From the NCBI GenBank assembly GCA_963729605.1, contig CAVSNY010000007.1, positions 1,342,518-1,406,517 of the forward strand: 64,000 bases of DNA, given 5' to 3'. This stretch comes from an uncultured Gammaproteobacteria bacterium. Its GTDB lineage: Bacteria; Pseudomonadota; Gammaproteobacteria; DRLM01. Both the position numbers and the translations under genes were made by a program. Positions 60,683 through 64,000 of this stretch are shown piece after piece; the stretch's first letter is position 1; every line of letters begins with the position of its first letter. The notes below the pieces were generated by a model, which saw only the letters and a program-made list of their open reading frames with translations, made no database searches and was not told the origin of the DNA.

Positions 60683-61214
60683 TCTCGGTGACCGGCTCGT
60701 CGGCCGTGGTGGTGCCCCGACGAGTCCCGACGCCATCACCGGGCTGCGGCTCGACGAGCTGACGGCGCTGGGTCAGACCGGCGGCTCGATGTCCCTGGCT
60801 CTCCGCGACGGCGTCGATACCCGGACCGCCGCTGCCGGCCGCATTCCGCCTCACCGACGACGGCGTCGTCGTCCCGCGTGACACCCGCCGTCGGCGAAGG
60901 CGGGCCCGGGCGCAGGCGGCGGCCGAGGCACGGGGCCCGGTGCACCTCGGCACGGACGTTGCCCCGCCCGGGCGACGTGCTCGTCGTGCGCACGCTCGAT
61001 CCCGGCTGGCGGCGCTACTGCCGGGCCTCGGCGGACTCGTCGCCGAGACGGGCAGCGTGCTGTCGCACCTGGCGATCCTCGCCCGCGAGTACGGGGTGCC
61101 ACGTCGTCGGCCTGCCCGGCGCGACGGAGCGCTTCGCCGCCGGCACGTGGGTGCGTCGTCGACGGCGCCACCGGCGAGGTGTCCGCCGTGGCCGACGCGG
61201 GCGGTGCGGCATGA
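60683..61214 (+). CDS. C-terminal part of a PEP-utilising enzyme (swivel His domain), frameshifted
   Basis: GDVLVVRTLDP, LVAETGSVLSHLAILAREYGVP, DGATGEV. Confidence 0.7.
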
Positions 61215-62064
61215 GCACCGCCCGCCGGCGGGCTGCCGCGTCGGTCGTGATGGCCGCCGCCGGCTGCGACGTCTTCGTCTACCTGTACCGCTGGGAGTGG
61301 AACCGGGCCATCGTCGCCGGGCGTCATCTTCCTCGCCGCCGAGGTCGCCCTCCTCGGCTGGCCCTCATCCCCGACCGCGACCTCAGCGACCCTCGACGGG
61401 ACCGCTCGACCGCCCCGCGGCGGACCACGACGAGCGCGTGCTGCGCCGGTCCGGGACCACGCCCCGGAGCCGGCGCACCCTTCGCCTGGCTCGGGGGCAA
61501 GCAGATCGAACGTGTTTGTACCGGTGCTGCTCGGCGCCGGCGTCGTGCTCTCGGGGCTGGCCTGGCTGTTCGACCGCGTGGCCCGGCTACAGCCGTCCCT
61601 TCGATGGAGGCGGCCGGCCCGCCGGCGCGGCACACCGCAGCCGCCCGGCGGCGTCCTCGGGGCGAGCCGATCGACCCGTTCCGGCCGCGATGACGCGGCG
61701 CCGTCGCCGTGGCCGTCGCGGCGGCGCTGGCCTCACTCGTCGGCGAGCTGGGTGACCTGACCCAGAGCCGCCGGACGCGCCCGCCATGACGCCGCCACGT
61801 GAGATCGTCGTCGACGTCGACCAAGACCGCTTCGCCCCCGGCCGACGCGGGGGCGACCGCCGGGAGCGGTGTGCTCGGCCAGACGAGCTCCCGCGCGAGC
61901 GACGACGGAGCCTTGGCGCCGGCCGCCGGCGGCCGCTACCGGGTGGCGCTCCGACCGGCGGTCGGCGAGCACGAGCGGCGCAAGCTCGTCGGCTGCCTCG
62001 AGGACCTCACGGTCGACCGCGTGTCGGCGAGGCGACCTTCCGGACTCGGTCCGCGGCCGGCTGA
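61211..62064 (+). CDS. Two hypothetical membrane-associated genes, frameshifted
   Basis: Hydrophobic pieces VFVYLYRWEWNRAI and VFVPVLLGAGVVLSGLAW; boundaries approximate. Confidence 0.35.
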
Positions 62065-62074
62065 CGCGGCCCGA

Positions 62075-62882
<808 letters not shown>

Positions 62883-62886
<4 letters not shown>

Positions 62887-63208
62887 CGATGCCCCCCACC
62901 TCGGCGGTGACCGGACGTGCCGTCGACCACCCCGCCTCGTACACCGGCACCGGCTGCGTGGCCGGCGAGCGTGACCGGTTCACCGGTGTCAGGCTGAAGG
63001 TGCTGCCGTGCTTCCGGCACTCGATCTCCCGCTCGTCGCACCACACCTCGCCCTCCGACAGCGACACGTCGGCGTGGCTGCACGTGTCGCCGATGGCGTA
63101 CACGTCGTCGCCGATGCGCACCAGGGCGACCGGACGCCGCCGACTCGACACGGCGAGCGGTGCCGGGTGGTCGAGCTCGTCGATCGCGAACGACGCGCTG
63201 TCGGCCAT
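62883..63208 (-). CDS. Rieske-type ferredoxin, frameshifted
   Basis: CSH...IECRKHGSTF. Confidence 0.8.
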
Positions 63209-63225
63209 CCCGCCCGCCCACCCCG

Positions 63226-64000
63226 TCAGCGTGCGGGCGAGGTCGAGCTTGTCGCCACCGCGCGGCGCAGATCGGCGGCAAAGGGCCGACCGGCAACTGG
63301 TCGAGCACCTCGTCGAAGAAGCCGAGCACGACGAGCCGCTCGGCGATCTCCGGCGGGATGCCCCGGCTCTCGAGGTAGAACCGCTGCTCGGGGTCGATCG
63401 GGCCGACCGTCGAGGCGTGGCTGCACTTCACGTCGTTGGTCTCGATCTCCAGGTTCGGCACGCTCTCCGCCCACGCCCCCTCGCTGAGCGTCAGGTTGCG
63501 GTTGGTCTGGAACGCCACCGAGCCCTTGGCCTGCGGCGCATCTTGATCAGTCCGGTGTAGACGCTGCGCGCGTGGTCCTGCACCGCGCCCTTGAACAGCA
63601 GGTCGCTGGTGGTGTTCGGGGCGGCGTGGTCCTGCATCGTGCGGAAGTCGTGCATCTGGTTGCCGTCGGCGAAGTACAGGGCGACCTGGCGGGTGGTGCC
63701 ACCTGGCCGACGACCTGTGCGTCGGTGCGCACCGGGCGTAGTCGCCGCCGAGGGCGACGGTGGCCAGCTGTGGTCGAGTCGCGCCCGCCGATGGCCCGCT
63801 GGTGGGCGATCTGCCACGCCGCGTTGTCGAGCTTGTTGACGCCGAGGTAGCGGACACGGGCGGCCTGACCGGCGCGCACGTAGAGGCCGGGGACGACGAG
63901 CACGGGTCGCCCTCGGCCGAGAGGAAGCGCTCGACGACGGTGACCTCGCTGTCGGCGCCTGCCTCGATGACGAGGCGGGGGAACGCCGCGATGCCGTCGC
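63226..64000 (-). CDS. sufD: SufD-family Fe-S assembly protein, partial and frameshifted
   Basis: SDLLFKGAV, QTNRNL.LS, SVPNLEIETNDVKCSHASTVG, FYLESRGI. Confidence 0.85.

Overview
GC-rich proteobacterial-looking contig. 1-13.1 kb is ordinary accessory and housekeeping DNA: RND adaptor, pirin/LysR, AI-2E transporter, diguanylate cyclase, D-lactate dehydrogenase and a Fur-boxed TonB receptor with PiuC. 13.1-37.0 kb is a defence island: Wadjet jetABCD sits divergent from a WYL-led operon (SNF2 helicase, DUF4391, AbiF-type HEPN toxin with an upstream structured RNA, type III Mod, AlbA/HATPase, type III Res, HrgA-like nuclease), followed by an integron cassette inserted into an island gene and an AbiEii/DUF6088 TA pair. 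37.2-43.3 kb holds an IS3, integrase-less integron cassettes (one full and one collapsed attC), a PQQ-type dehydrogenase and an S8 peptidase. 45.3-60.7 kb is a second defence cluster: BPTD_3080-type Res, Fic, a Mod truncated by a second IS3, a Dam-like MTase, AAA-DUF4143, a RelE-like/UvrD helicase and, unusually, a mukF-mukE-mukB operon. At about 60,682 mukB is cut off by a very GC-rich, indel-rich, actinobacterial-looking segment (PEP-utilising enzyme, sufC, Rieske ferredoxin, sufD), most likely an assembly chimera. Several blocks have dense indels that look like sequencing or consensus errors. All family calls come from motif recognition by eye; no searches were run.
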